Origin: Eledone cirrhosa
Taxonomy: Eukaryota
NCBI GenBank assembly: GCA_964016885.1
Contig: OZ024753.1
Span: 43,214,001-43,278,000, forward strand
Direction: 5' to 3'
DNA: 64,000 bases
Positions 14,234 through 27,391 of the stretch are shown here, piece by piece. Position 1 is the first letter of the stretch, and the number at the start of each line of letters is the position of its first letter. The notes beneath the pieces are model-generated. The model saw nothing but the letters and a program-made list of their open reading frames with translations. It was not told where the DNA came from and searched no databases. The position numbers were made by a program, and so were the translations under genes.

Positions 14234-14779
14234 TAGTGTTTTCAAAGCATTTCATCCGAGTAGTGCTATTTTTCGCATGTTGTGATTGTGTGTGTGTGTA
14301 TATATATACACACATAACATGCAAAAGATAGCACTACTCGACATTGCACACACTTATTACAGAGTACTCTTAATACAATAGAAATAAGAACACCACCAAA
14401 AGCAACACTGCATATACCCAAGGCACACACACAGAGCTGTGATTGGTAATGCAGTAACAACACAACAATAACAGCAACAACAATAACAACATAAAAGAAA
14501 AATCGTGAAACATTTTTTTTTTTTTTAATGCATTTCCTAGGGAAATGGTTTGGGGGTGGGGGGTGGCAGTGAGGGAGAAGAGAAAATAATTAGGAAGTTA
14601 AAGAAATAAATCTAAGTAAGTAGAATTGTCTTCCAGGTGTGTGAAGGCCATTTATTTCTGACATGTAAGTCTTGCAATAAAGCTTTACAACCCTGAAATG
14701 GTTAACATCTGATTCTGCATAAACTAATGCAATAGAAGAACAAACTCCCACAGACATGCTTAAACCAACACATAAGCTA

Positions 14780-14939
14780 TATATATATATATATATATAC
14801 ATGCTCGCGTGTGTGTATATATGAGTGTGTCTGTGTGAGTATATATGTATGTACACATGTGTGAGTATATATATATACACGTGAGTATATATATATATAT
14901 ATATATATACATACATATATATATACATATATATAAATA

Positions 14940-14973
<34 letters not shown>

Positions 14974-15675
14974 CTCACGTGTATCTATATATACTCACAC
15001 ACGTGTATATACATATATACTCACACAGACACACTCATATATATACATATATATATATACATTATATATATATATATATATATATACATATATATAAATA
15101 TACATATATATACATATATATATATATACATATATATAAATATACATATATATACATATATATATATATACATATATATAAATATACATATATATACATA
15201 TATATAAATATACATATATATACATATATATATATATACATATATATAAATATATATATATATACATATATATAAATATATATATATATACATATATATA
15301 AATATATATATATATACATATATATAAATATATATATATATACATATATATAAATATATATATATATACATATATATAAATATATATATATATACATATA
15401 TATAAATATACATATATATTTACATATATATAAATATACATATATATTTACATATATATATATATACATATATATAAATATATATATATATACATATATA
15501 TAAATATATATATATATACATATATATAAATATATATATATATACATATATATAAATATATATATATATACATATATATAAATATACATATATATACATA
15601 TATATAAATATACATATATATTTACATATATATATATATACATATGTATATAAATATATATACACATATATATAC

Positions 15676-15710
<35 letters not shown>

Positions 15711-15749
15711 CATATGTATATAAATATATATACACATATATATATATAA

Positions 15750-15800
<51 letters not shown>

Positions 15801-16095
15801 CACATATATATATATATATACATATATATTTACATATATATAAATATATATACATATATATACATATATATACATATACATATATATAAATATACATATA
15901 TATACATATATATAAATATACATATATATACATATATATAAATATATATATATATATACATATATATAAATATATATATATATATACATATATATAAATA
16001 TACATATATATATACATATATATATACATATATATATATTTATACATATATATATATTTATACATATATATATATTTATACATATATATATATTT

Positions 16096-16144
<49 letters not shown>

Positions 16145-16185
16145 TATATGTGTATGTATATATACATATGTGTGTGTGTGTGTGA
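14780..16185. repeat. (TA)n-rich compound microsatellite
   Basis: Direct inspection. Confidence 0.95.
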
Positions 16186-16499
16186 TTATAGTATGTTTAA
16201 AACATCCACTTCTCTCTTCCTCTCTCTTTCTCCCTCCCACTTGCTCTGCTTATCTTCTTGATTCTTTCATATGTTTCATCTTTCATCTTTTTTCATTTCA
16301 TTTTTCTTTCATTATTTTATCATCCTCCCCCCATATTTTTGTCTTATCTTCCTTCAGTCTCCTTTTATCTCATCTTTCTTTCTACTTTATCGATTTTTTC
16401 TTCTTCTTCTCATGTACTTTTAATCTCTTTTTTCTCTTTCCTTCAACCATGTCATTATTTCTTATATATTAGTTTTTCATTCTTTTTCACTATATAACT

Positions 16500-16900
16500 G
16501 CTTCTTCTTTCTCTCTTTTTCTTTCTCTCTACTCATTCTCTGTCTTTCTCTCTCCTCATTCTCTGTCTTTCTCTCTACTCATTCTCTGTCTTTCTCTCTC
16601 CTCATTCTCTGTCTTTCTCTCTCCTCATTCTGTCTTTCTCTCTACTCATTCTTTCTCTCTCCTCATTCTTTCTCTCTACTCATTCTTTCTCTCTACTCAT
16701 TCTCTGTCTTTCTCTCTCCTCATTCTTTCTCTCTCCTCATTCTTTCTCTCTCCTCATTCTGTCTTTCTCTCTCCTTATTCTCTGTCTTTCTCTCTCCTCA
16801 TTCTGTCTTTCTCTCTCCTCATTCTGTCTTTCTCTCTCCTCATTCTGTCTTTCTCTCTCCTCATTCTATGTCTTTCTCTCTCCTCATTCTATGTCTTTCT
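16500..16900. repeat. CT-rich minisatellite (tctctcctcattctgtctt variants)
   Basis: Direct inspection. Confidence 0.85.
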
Positions 16901-17005
16901 GACTTCTTTGCTCGTTTCTTTCAAACATTTAAGTTTTTCTATTTCTATATATCTGTTTGTCATTCTTACATATTTTGTCTGATGCTCTAACGATTCAGCC
17001 TATCC

Positions 17006-17029
<24 letters not shown>

Positions 17030-17036
<7 letters not shown>

Positions 17037-17256
17037 GTTTCTGATTTAGGCGCAAGGCCAACAATTTTTGGGGGAGGGGAAAGTCGATTAAATCGACTCC
17101 AGTGTATTACTGGTACTTTATGTTATCAACCATGTAAGGATGAAAGGCAAAGCTAGAATTGGGAGGGATTTAATAATTGTCTACTAATTTGACGGGAAGA
17201 GAGAAGTCAATCAAATCGACCCCAGTGTGTTACTGGTACTTTATTTTGTCGACCCC
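17030..17256 (-). mobile_element. SINE family A-related fragments (older subfamily) with (taa)n tail
   Basis: actggtacttta...aaggatgaaaggcaaag motifs. Confidence 0.7.
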
Positions 17257-18575
17257 ATATATGTTGTGTTATTGATCAATACACTTCATTTCACATTGCT
17301 CCAGTATACTCAGCTGAAAATTTGTACCTGCAGTTACCGGGGGGTTAGCCCTGTGATGGATTGATATCCTGTCTATGAGGAGTCTTGTACTTTCAGTTGC
17401 TTAATGCCACAGAAACCTGGATTAGCATTGGCCCCGTGGGCATCTGGGTTTGAGACAAAATTTTGTCGACCCCCAACACATGCTACAAACACATTCTTGG
17501 TATTAAATTGTTGATACCCTCCTTTAAAGAATTGTAGAACAATTAAGCAGACAGCACATGAAATGGTTCAGTCATCAGTGATTTAGTGGATCAATAAACA
17601 CTTAAATAAACATCACAAAAGGAAATGACATTTGAAACTCCAAAGAAAATATTCTGGTTAATTATTCCAATCCTGTAGAACTCAATAGTTTATGTCCACA
17701 ATACTAAGAAGCTTAAAACAACAGCAGCAGGCAACTAACTACACATTAGGTTACATATACAGGTTCCCCCTCTTCCTTAGTATCATTTAACATCCATGTT
17801 TCCATTTTGTTATGGGTTTAAAGGGTCATCACTAACTAAATCAATACTTAAGTTATTGTCCTTGCAAATTGGCAGAGTTGGGTTCAATCTCAGAAGTGAA
17901 TATTACAACAGTTTCTCTCTGGAGGTAAAATTTCTATCATTTTTTTTTATGGTTTGAATGAATATGGCCTTAACCATTTAGCATTTAAACCGGCCGTTTC
18001 TGGCCAGAACTATCTCTCCCTTTCTCTCTTTCTCTCTCTCCCTCCTTCTCCCCCCTTTCCCATACTATTATATAAAACTAAACACACCCTCACACCAATG
18101 TATAATAGATTCTATAAAACTGTAGAATATCAATGATGTAATCAGTAAAAGAGGAATGGTCAGTTATTGAGGCTGCCTCATTCTTTGGAGTTGACTCTTT
18201 TTTTATTGCTTTTATTTCTCCTTGTTTTTGTTTGCTTTGTTTTTGTTTTGTGTGTAAACAGCGTTTTGAGACTGTTTGGTGGTGTGAGGGTGGGGGGTGG
18301 CTTGGAGGTTGCGGTGGGGGTGGGGGACCTCTAGCAAATATGATAAAGTGAAGAAATAAAGAACTGTTGTTGTATTTCTGGTTGACAAAGAATAGAAATA
18401 TATATATATATATATATTTATATTTAAAAAAGAGAGAAACAAAAAAGGAAAAAAAAATATTTTTCTTCCTAATCGTCTCTTTCTCCCTGTTTTCATATAT
18501 ATATATATATATATGGAAAGACCAATGGAAACATTGTTCCCTCGGTCCGATTTGACGAAAGTCGATCGTTCCTTT

Positions 18576-18695
18576 GGTGAAGGCGTGTGGCTGAGTGGTT
18601 AGAGAATTGGATTCGCAATCGTAAGGTTGTGAGTTCGATTCCTGGACCAGGCGATGCGTTATGTCCTTGAGCAAGACACTTTATTTCACGTTGCT
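18576..18695 (+). mobile_element. SINE family B head (tRNA part plus CORE-like segment) inserted into a tandem repeat element
   Basis: tggctgagtggttagag ... gagttcgattcc ... ccttgagcaagacactttatttcac, lying between two roughly 60-bp direct repeats. Confidence 0.75.
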
Positions 18696-18802
18696 CCTTC
18701 TACCTGGAGTTGCGACCGATAGATAGTATTAGCAATTGGAAAGACCAACGGAAACATTGTTCCCTCGGTCCGATTTGACGAAAGTCAATCATTCCTTTTT
18801 AT

Positions 18803-18839
<37 letters not shown>

Positions 18840-19996
18840 CAGACATGATAGCATAAACAAACATTGAATGTAGAATTGTAGAAAGCATTGAAGAAAGAGG
18901 GATGGGGAGAGTGATAGAAACATATAGATTGATAGTGATAAATAGATATTGGGGGAGAGTGAGAGATAGATATGGAAGGATAGACTGATACCGATAGATA
19001 GATAGATAGATAGATTATATAGATATATATAGAGGGTAGAATATGGATGGAGAAATATGGAAGGAAGAGGTTGGAGACAATAAAATGATAGTTTTAAACG
19101 AAAGGATTAAGGTCAGGTGATTATCTAGTGTAAGTTGTAATAATATTGATGGAGAGATAGAGAAAAGGGGATTAAAGGGAGAGAGAGAGACATTGAGAGA
19201 GGGAGAGAGATAGACAGTCGTAACAATATGGATGTAGCTAGAGATAGAGATAAGGGGATTATAGGGAGAGAGGGAAGGGGAGAGGAAGTGAGACAAAGTA
19301 AAGATAGTGAGATATAGGAGAGAGAGAGGAGATTATAGAGAGACATGGAGGTAAGTGACCGAGAGAGACATTTCTAGATAGAGGAAGTGACCAAGAGGAA
19401 GTGACCAAGAGGAAGTGACCAAGAGGAAGTGACCAAGAGGAAGTGACCAAGAGGAAGTGACAGAGACAGAGAGAGAGAGGTGATAGAGAGACAGAGAGAG
19501 TAAATATATTGTTATATAATGAAAAAGAGAAGTGACAAAGAGAAAGAGAGGTGACAGAAAGACAGAGATAGTAAAGATATTGAGCTATATGAGAGAGAAA
19601 GAAAGATGTGGTTGAGAGAGGGTGGTAGGAGTGATGGAGCAACCAACTCTCCTTACCCCCGCCATACCCCCCATCATACCCCCTCCCCCAAACAATAACA
19701 CAGCATCAATATAGTCTAACATGGTAAGAATATTCAGTTTAAGATTACAAGGGTCTAAGGAGCTGACTCTTATTCTTACATAAAGTGGTTCTGTTTAAAA
19801 TGGAGATGTGAGACACGCAGAAGTCATTGGAGCAGCTTTTACAAACATCAAGTGGTATCACTTACTATATGAAGAGGGTTTGTGTACCTAGGGAAAAAAA
19901 AGCCAAAAGAACTACATAAGACACCATTATACAAGGTTAGATATTCATATAGAAGATAGGTGCGGCATAAAAGCCAAATTGTACCATTTGTTTTAA

Positions 19997-20218
19997 CCCT
20001 TTTTTTGCCAACCTGGCCCAAACCAGCTCTGGTTTTCTGAAATAAATTCACCCATTTTAAAAGATTCCAGTTCAAATTAAAATCTTCCAGCATAATTTTA
20101 TATAAGAACCTTAAATTAAGTAACTATCTTCGTAATGAAATAATTAATGATTTTAGTAAATCCTTCATTAATTAATTGAAATACTTTGTATTTCATTAGA
20201 AATGCAGTCATGAAAGGT
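19997..20218. mobile_element. TTAA-type MITE family P2
   Basis: ttaa-cccttt ... aaaggt-ttaa ends. Internal sequence recurs at 60560-61050 and 63050-63450. Confidence 0.55.
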
Positions 20219-20419
20219 TTAATATACTTGAGACATGCTGAATTCAAAACATTTTCTGAACACACAGGTCTTGTCTTGTCATTCTCTGCTTGCACTTCCT
20301 TGTATAGAGTCCCACAAAAGAACTTCACTAACAATTTTGTTTTGAGCTCTCCAGCAATGCCCTGCCAATCTGACACTCTTTGTTGATGTCTGATACTAGA
20401 CAGAGGTTCCCATACAGTT

Positions 20420-20545
20420 CCAAATGAAATATAATACCGAAGATCTGGAGGGAGGCTTCAGTAGAGGAGGACCGAGAAATATTTGGGTGGATTTCAAACT
20501 GTTGAATCTCACAGATGATGATGGTGATGATGATGGTGATGAAAG
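20420..20545 (+). pseudogene. Degraded RTE-like LINE 3' end
   Basis: Translates DLEGGFSRGGPRNIWVDFKLLNLT followed by (gat)n, similar to the 42149-42406 fragment. Confidence 0.45.
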
Positions 20546-20906
20546 GATGTAACAGGTGAAGGAATGCTGTGCTGCTAGCTTGGAAATGTAAATGTAAAAG
20601 GATGATGATGATGATTCGAAAAAAATGAAGAATTTAAAGGAATTAATCATTGAAACAGATTTTCCACACACACAATGATATCTTGCCATATGAGGATTTG
20701 TGCTGAGAAAAAGAAGCCAGAAAACTTTAATGATACATCTTAGAAAGTTAAGTATTGATACAGAAGATAAAATAAATGAAGTGGAGGAAGGAAAAATTGT
20801 AGATGTTAATTGAAATAGGAACTCTTTAAAATGGACAGTTTAGTTTCATAGAACCAGATATAGGTTTGGTTAGGTTTATATATAAAGGGTTCATTTCATA
20901 CTTTAA

Positions 20907-21176
20907 CACTTTAGCATTAACATAACTCTATTTTCATAGTAAAGGCTTTATCTCACATAAAGATTTATATTACTCTATATATACCATTATAGTTTCATGT
21001 TAAAGGCTTTATCTCATAATTACCTTACATAATATGGAATCTATGAGATTTTGATGTTATTATTTATTTTGAGAACAATACCTTAATGTCAGTATGAGTG
21101 GGTTGGTTATGGCTGGTTTGAAGAGAGAGAGTGAAGAGAACTCCTGCTGGATATGGCTGGTTTAAATGCTAAAGGG
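20907..21176. mobile_element. piggyBac-like MITE family P1, complete
   Basis: TTAA on both sides with TIRs cactttagcatt / aatgctaaaggg. Further copies at 23448-23590, 42940-43218 and 60319-60526. Confidence 0.7.
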
Positions 21177-21750
21177 TTAAAATTAGAAACATTTATACAG
21201 AATATAAAGAGAATTTTGCAAAATGAATTGTGTTGAAATCTCAACCAATTATGGAAACTGATATATAAGCAGTAAACTTGAATCTCTTGCAAATAAGCAT
21301 TTAATTTAACATCCATTATTCTTGCTTACCACTTTGAAAGTCTATGAAATGATGTGGATGACAGGAAATAAGATTTCTAGGTTCATGAATTACAAAACTA
21401 AAAATGTTGCATTATAAAGCTTAATCATTTTGTTTGTGTTTATTTCCTGAAAGTTTGCTTAATGAGGCATCAGCTGTCATAAAGGAATAGGAAGAGGACA
21501 AGGAAAGGTGAAACAATAACTTGAGCTAACACAATAAATAAAACTGCAATAGTTTAAATTAAACAGCTGTTTATGAGGCGAACGTCTCACCTGCTCTTCT
21601 ATTATATATTTACAACATTTCTTTCTATTGGAAGTAGGAAAATGTCTGAAGCTTTGTAGAATAACTGGAAAACATTGGATATTTACTACAGAATATGGGT
21701 CCATGTCTTTCAAAATACTTTAGTTTTATCTATAATTTCAGCTCTCTCTA

Positions 21751-21782
<32 letters not shown>

Positions 21783-21849
21783 AAGAAAGTGACAGGTCTC
21801 CTATTAAGTTGTCTGCTGGAAGCCTCGGTTATTTCAACGCATATTAATT

Positions 21850-22158
21850 TCATTCATTTCATTTCATTTTACGTCCGCTTTTTCCCCGCTTGCAAGGGTG
21901 GGACGGGAACTGATTCTGGCTTGATTTCTACAGCTGGATGCCCTTCCTAACACCAACCTCATTTACAGTGAGTGCTGGGTGCTTTTTTGCCGTGGCACCT
22001 GCACGACCACTCATCTCATTTCTACAGCTGAGTAAACTGGAGCAATGTGAAATAAAGTGTCTTGCTCAAGGAAACAACACATCACCCGGTCTGAGAATTG
22101 AACTCACAACCTTTCGATTGCAAGGCCAATGCTCTAACCACTAAGCCATGTGCCTCCA
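21850..22158 (-). mobile_element. SINE family B', full length with RTE-derived tail
   Basis: tRNA head, CORE-like segment, ggaagggcatccagctgtag domain, and tail cccacccttgcaagc...aaaagcggacgtaaaatg. Confidence 0.85.
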
Positions 22159-22460
22159 TATAAAATAAATAAATATAAAAAAATATATATATATATATTA
22201 ATTTTAGGTTTAATCAGTACATAATATAAAATATATATCATGTTTCTCAGCACAAAGCTCCATAAACACCAGTTCAGAGCTTCAATCATACAAGTTTAAA
22301 CGATATATAAACAGATATTATATCAATTGAGAAACTGCTAGTATTTCGTCGTCCATATATACACAAGAAATAGTCTGTAAATAAATATACATACTTCAAG
22401 ATGATGTCTGTATGTAGGTTACATATTCCTAGCTTATATTTGAGTAGATACGGGAATACC

Positions 22461-22700
22461 ATAGAGGTGGAGTGCTAACTCTATAGAGGTGGAGTGCTAA
22501 CTCTATAGAGGTGGAGTGCTAACTCTATAGAGGTGGAGTGCTAACTCTATAGAGGTGGAGTGCTAACTCTATAGAGGTGGAGTGCTAACTCTATAGAGGT
22601 GGAGTGCTAACTCTATAGAGGTGGAGTGCTAACTCTATAGAGGTGGAGTGCTAACTCTATAGGGGTGGCGTACTAACTCTATAGGGGTGGAGTATTAATA
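22461..22700. repeat. Minisatellite, 22 bp unit (tatagaggtggagtgctaactc)
   Basis: About 11 copies, starting directly after a MITE right end at 22432-22453. Confidence 0.95.
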
Positions 22701-23734
22701 CCATAGAAGTGTCAGAGTATTAATGCGAATGAGCTAAAACTTATCTTCTTGTACAACTGTAAAATCCTGATGACTTACTTTAAAGGAACCAATATAATTC
22801 ATGTGAAAAGGAAAATTGCAGCAACCAGCTAAATCTGTGATTTGGTTCCCAATTTCTAGTTATAGAAATACCATTTCAATTATATCGGCTTCTAACTAAA
22901 CATCAAGGTCTTATATTTTGGTGATGCTGAAGATAATGCTGATGGATGATGGTTGTTGTCGTGGTACTGATGATGGTGCTGATAGAGGTGGCATTAGCAA
23001 CACAAGCAAATTGAAATGACTTGTGCAACATGTTCTCTGTTTGACAGTTACCTATTTCACTATAGTGTTGCTGACAACTTCAATAAATACAGATTTCTTT
23101 TCACAAGTCTCCAAGGACAATCTCTAAAAGGAAACGCTACAACAATGTGAATGGTATATTAATGCCAAATATTCTTATTGATGCTTCCTTTTCGATGGAT
23201 GAACGATTAAATCAAGTCGTGTGACACTAAACCCAAGAAACTTAAATATGCTAATTACTGCCGCCTTATAGCTGGAGAAGTTTTCTTGGTTAAGAAAGAA
23301 AATGGAAAAGTTGAAATGTCCATTTGTACCTTTAACATGTACAGTTATGACGTATAGGATGTGAAATGCCTAGAAGCAGGAACTGACATGATTTTAACCA
23401 CAAATTACAGCAACTCATACACTGTTCTACAAACGTAAACACAGATTTAACCCTTTAGTATTCAAACTGGCCATAGAAATGTCTCACCTCTTTCTGTTCA
23501 AACCAGTTGAAACTGGCTGCTTATACTGATGTTAAGGTATTGTTCTGAAAATAAATAACATCAAAATCTCATAGATTCGATATTATGTGCGATATACGCA
23601 CACGCGCGAGCACACACGCGCGCGCGAGTACACGCACGCACGCACGCACGCACACACACGAGATTGTAATCACAAAAGAAAGAGCCCTCAATATGTAAAC
23701 ATAGAAGTAAATACACAATATTATATAAAAGATA

Positions 23735-24378
23735 TCCCGTCGAGGTTAACTTTGCTTTTCATCCTTATGGGGTCGATAAAATAAAGTACCAGTAATGTAC
23801 TGGGGTAATTGCTGGCCTTGTGCCAATAGTAGAAACAATGATATAAAACATGTTGCAAACTGGCATATACCTTCCTAGGTACTTTGAGTATCTAGGAAGG
23901 TATATGCCAGCTTGCCATGTGCTTTATATAATATAATGTGTGTGTGTATACGTATACGTGGTTGATGAAATAAAGTACCAGTAATGCACTTGGGATTGAT
24001 TTAATCAACTTTCAACTCCCATTCAAATTGCTGGCTTAAAGTAGAAACAAATATTATATTTGTTTCTACTTTTGGCACAAGGCCAGCAATTACCCCAGTG
24101 TATTACTGGTACTTTATTTTATGAATCCCGTAAGGATGAAAGGCAAAGTCAACCTCGGCGGGATTTGAACTCGGATCTTAAAGGGAGGTAACTCTTTGCT
24201 CCAAAGCATGGCATCCGCCCCTCTACCAATACTGCCAATCCACCGCCCTAAATATTATAATTGTTTCTACTTTTTGGCACAAGGCCAGCAATTACCCCAG
24301 TGCATTACTGGTACTTTATTTTATCGACCCCGTAAGGATGAAAGGCAAAGTTAACCTCGGCGGGATTTGAACTCAGAA
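23735..24378. mobile_element. Cluster of four SINE A copies in both orientations around a fold-back repeat
   Basis: Copies at about 23735-23840 (+), 23960-24050 (+), 24060-24248 (-) and 24259-24378 (-). Confidence 0.8.
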
Positions 24379-24649
24379 TGAGGAGTAATTATTCTCATTT
24401 ACTAGGTGTTTTATAGCTCCATGTAAAGATAGGACCTTACAGCGTTATATAGTTAGTTTGTTTACAAACCAAAGAATTTAAGACAATAAATGCCTAAAAT
24501 TCTTTGATTTATAAACAAATCCCAGGTTCAATCAAGGCTAACCACAGTAAGGTACTCAATACCTTGTGTTGAGTACCTTACTGTGGTTACCCTCGATTGA
24601 ACCCGGTATAAACATATCTTTTAGCACTTTACTGTGCCCCTCTTAACCA

Positions 24650-24700
24650 GGCTTCTTGATGAATTCTCCCGAATGAAACAGTTCTAGTCCCATAGAAGCC
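24650..24700 (+). ncRNA. Type I hammerhead motif, family C (mutated copy)
   Basis: GGCUUC-UUGAUGA-AUUC/GAAU-GAAA-CAG(uucuaguc)-cca-UA-GAAGCC. Sister copies at 25340-25370 and 39071-39103 (-) restore stem III as ACAG/CUGU. Confidence 0.6.
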
Positions 24701-24703
24701 ATT

Positions 24704-24821
<118 letters not shown>

Positions 24822-24901
24822 AAACGAAGGAAATGTGGTAAGGAACCAAGAGGACCATAACGCACCAAAGTACTCAATACTTAGGGTAGTAGAGTGGGTA
24901 A

Positions 24902-25015
24902 TAGGAACGAGTAGGACCCCGACGGCTGAGCTCGAGCTGTTTCAACGGCTAATTCTGGACAGAATTAGCCGTTGAAACGGGTTGAGCTCAGCCGTCGGGG
25001 TCCTACTCGTTCTTA
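24902..25015. repeat. Fold-back palindrome containing the 3' half of a hammerhead (family D)
   Basis: Arms of about 56 bp with a 2-nt spacer. Contains GAAA-CGG..GAGCUC-AGCCG-UC-GGGGUCC. Confidence 0.8.
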
Positions 25016-25127
25016 CATATATATATATATATATATATATATGTTACAAAGGAAGTGTGGTAAGGAACCAGGTGGACCATAATACACCAGAGTAGAGTAC
25101 TCAATACTATAGGTAGTAGAGTGGGTA

Positions 25128-25233
25128 ATAGGAAAAGAGTTAGGGTCCCGATGGCTGAGCTCCAGTCATTTTGACATCAGATCTAGCTGTAGAAATCGCC
25201 GGAGCTCAGCTGTCGGGGTCCTGACTCTTTTCC

Positions 25234-25236
<3 letters not shown>
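25128..25236. repeat. Second, more diverged family D fold-back
   Basis: ataggaaaagagt...actcttttcctat arms. The upstream flank 25045-25130 is homologous to 24825-24905. Confidence 0.75.
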
Positions 25237-25271
<35 letters not shown>

Positions 25272-25272
<1 letters not shown>

Positions 25273-25383
25273 TTAATATAGATGAGATTCTACAGGACTA
25301 GAACTGTTTCATTCTTTAGAAATCATTGATGATTTCTAAAGAATGAAACAGTTCTAGTCCTGTAGACTCTCATCTATATTAAA
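25272..25383. repeat. Fold-back palindrome of hammerhead family C, centred in the UGAUGA box
   Basis: 55-bp arms, 2-nt spacer, about one mismatch. Confidence 0.85.
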
Positions 25384-25452
25384 TTTTTATACTCTGCTAT
25401 GTATTGAGTACCTTACTTACTGTGGTTACCTCCGATTCAACCCGGAATAACG

Positions 25453-25487
<35 letters not shown>

Positions 25488-25859
25488 GTGTGTGGGTGAT
25501 GTCACTAGTTAAAACCAGTAAGAAATTTATTCAATATAGTATCCTATACTTAAGAAAAGTAGAGTGTAGATATTGAAAGTATTTTCAGCTGTAGAGATAC
25601 GCAGGATTTGAACTTAATAGTAGAGAGAGAGAGAGCCAGAAAGAGTAGCGAGGCAGGTTTAAGCCAACACTCTAACCAATTCCCTGCCTTAGATACACGT
25701 GTACTATAATGAAATGACCACATAATGTGACCACTTCTAATGTGACCACTTCTAATGTTCTCTTCATTGCTTCTTCTGCCTTAAGCTAATTTTCTTATGA
25801 AATTTCTTCTTCTTTCACTGACAACATTTGCAAAGCAATTTACCAAGTTTGCCAAAAGT

Positions 25860-26985
25860 TTTCACACCACACCGCACCGTATTATATCATATTATGTCAT
25901 ATTATGTCGTTCTATACCGCACCACCACACGGCACCACCACACGGCACCACCACACGGCACCACCACACCGCACCACAGCAATACTCATCACATCACATT
26001 TCATTGCACTTTCACATTGCACCACTACACCACACTACACCAATACACACTACAGCAATACACACTACACCAATACACACAACACCATGACTACACCACA
26101 TAGTACTACACACCGCAACAACACTACACCCTAACTGACACTACATCACCCCACACCACACTACATCATCCACACCACACTACATCACCCACACCACACT
26201 ACATCATCTACACCACACTACATCACCCACACCACACTACATCATCGTACACTACACCACACTACACTACACCACACTACACTACACTACACTACACTAC
26301 ACTACACTACACTACACTACACTACACTACACTACACTACACGCCACACCAAGCTACGCCACACCACACTATGCCACCACGCTACACCATGCTACACCAC
26401 ACCATGCTACGCTACACCACGCTACGCTACACCACGCTACGCTACACCACGCTACGCTACACCACGCTACGCTACACCACGCTACGCTACACCACGCTAC
26501 GCTACACCACGCTACGCTACACCATGCTACGCTACACCATGCTACGCTACACCACGCTACGCTACACCACGCTACGCTACACCACGCTACGGTACACCAC
26601 GCTACGCTACACCACGCTACGCCACACCACACTACACTACACTACACTACACTACACACTACACTACACTGCACTGCACTACACCACACTACACTACACT
26701 ACACTACACTACACTACACTACACCACAATATATCTCACCACAACACACCACACTACACCACAACACACCACACTACAACACACCACACTACACTACACT
26801 ACACCACACCACACCACACCACACCACACTACACTACACTACACTAGACCACATCACACCACACTACACTACACCACACTACACTACACTACACTACACT
26901 ACACTACACACTACACTACACTACACTACACCACTACACACTACACCACACTACACTACACTACACCACACTACACCACACCACT
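25860..26985. repeat. (CACTA/CACCA/CGCTA)n pentanucleotide compound repeat
   Basis: Direct inspection. A 15-bp higher-order unit is present at 26370-26630. Confidence 0.95.
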
Positions 26986-27190
26986 TCATAACATATAAAC
27001 AAAGATTGCTTTCTGATGAAATTTCTTATAACTTTTTATTTTCCATTCCAATTTCTTTATTGAATTAAATTCTATGTTTGTATTGGAACGGCAATAGTTC
27101 TGTAATAACAGCAGATAATTTCCTAGAATTTATCTACAACAAGCAAAAAAGACATATAAAATATTTATATTTACATCTATATATATATAC

Positions 27191-27221
<31 letters not shown>

Positions 27222-27233
27222 CATATATATACA

Positions 27234-27285
<52 letters not shown>

Positions 27286-27336
27286 TATATACATATATGT
27301 ATATATACATATATATATATACATATATATATATAC

Positions 27337-27391
<55 letters not shown>

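Noticed and set aside
18514-18800. Repeat with GAAACAYUGUY and YUGACGA motifs (relative at 36225-36410 minus) as a permuted hammerhead
   Set aside because: Stems I and II cannot be formed in register with both core boxes. Kept only as an unclassified tandem repeat element.
21477-21713. Minus-strand ORF with a CAG|gtgaga donor as a coding exon
   Set aside because: No recognisable domain and no compatible neighbouring exons could be identified.
22085-22158. tRNA genes at SINE heads (also 2804, 18576 and 53965)
   Set aside because: A and B boxes are present but continue into SINE bodies and lack a complete acceptor stem.
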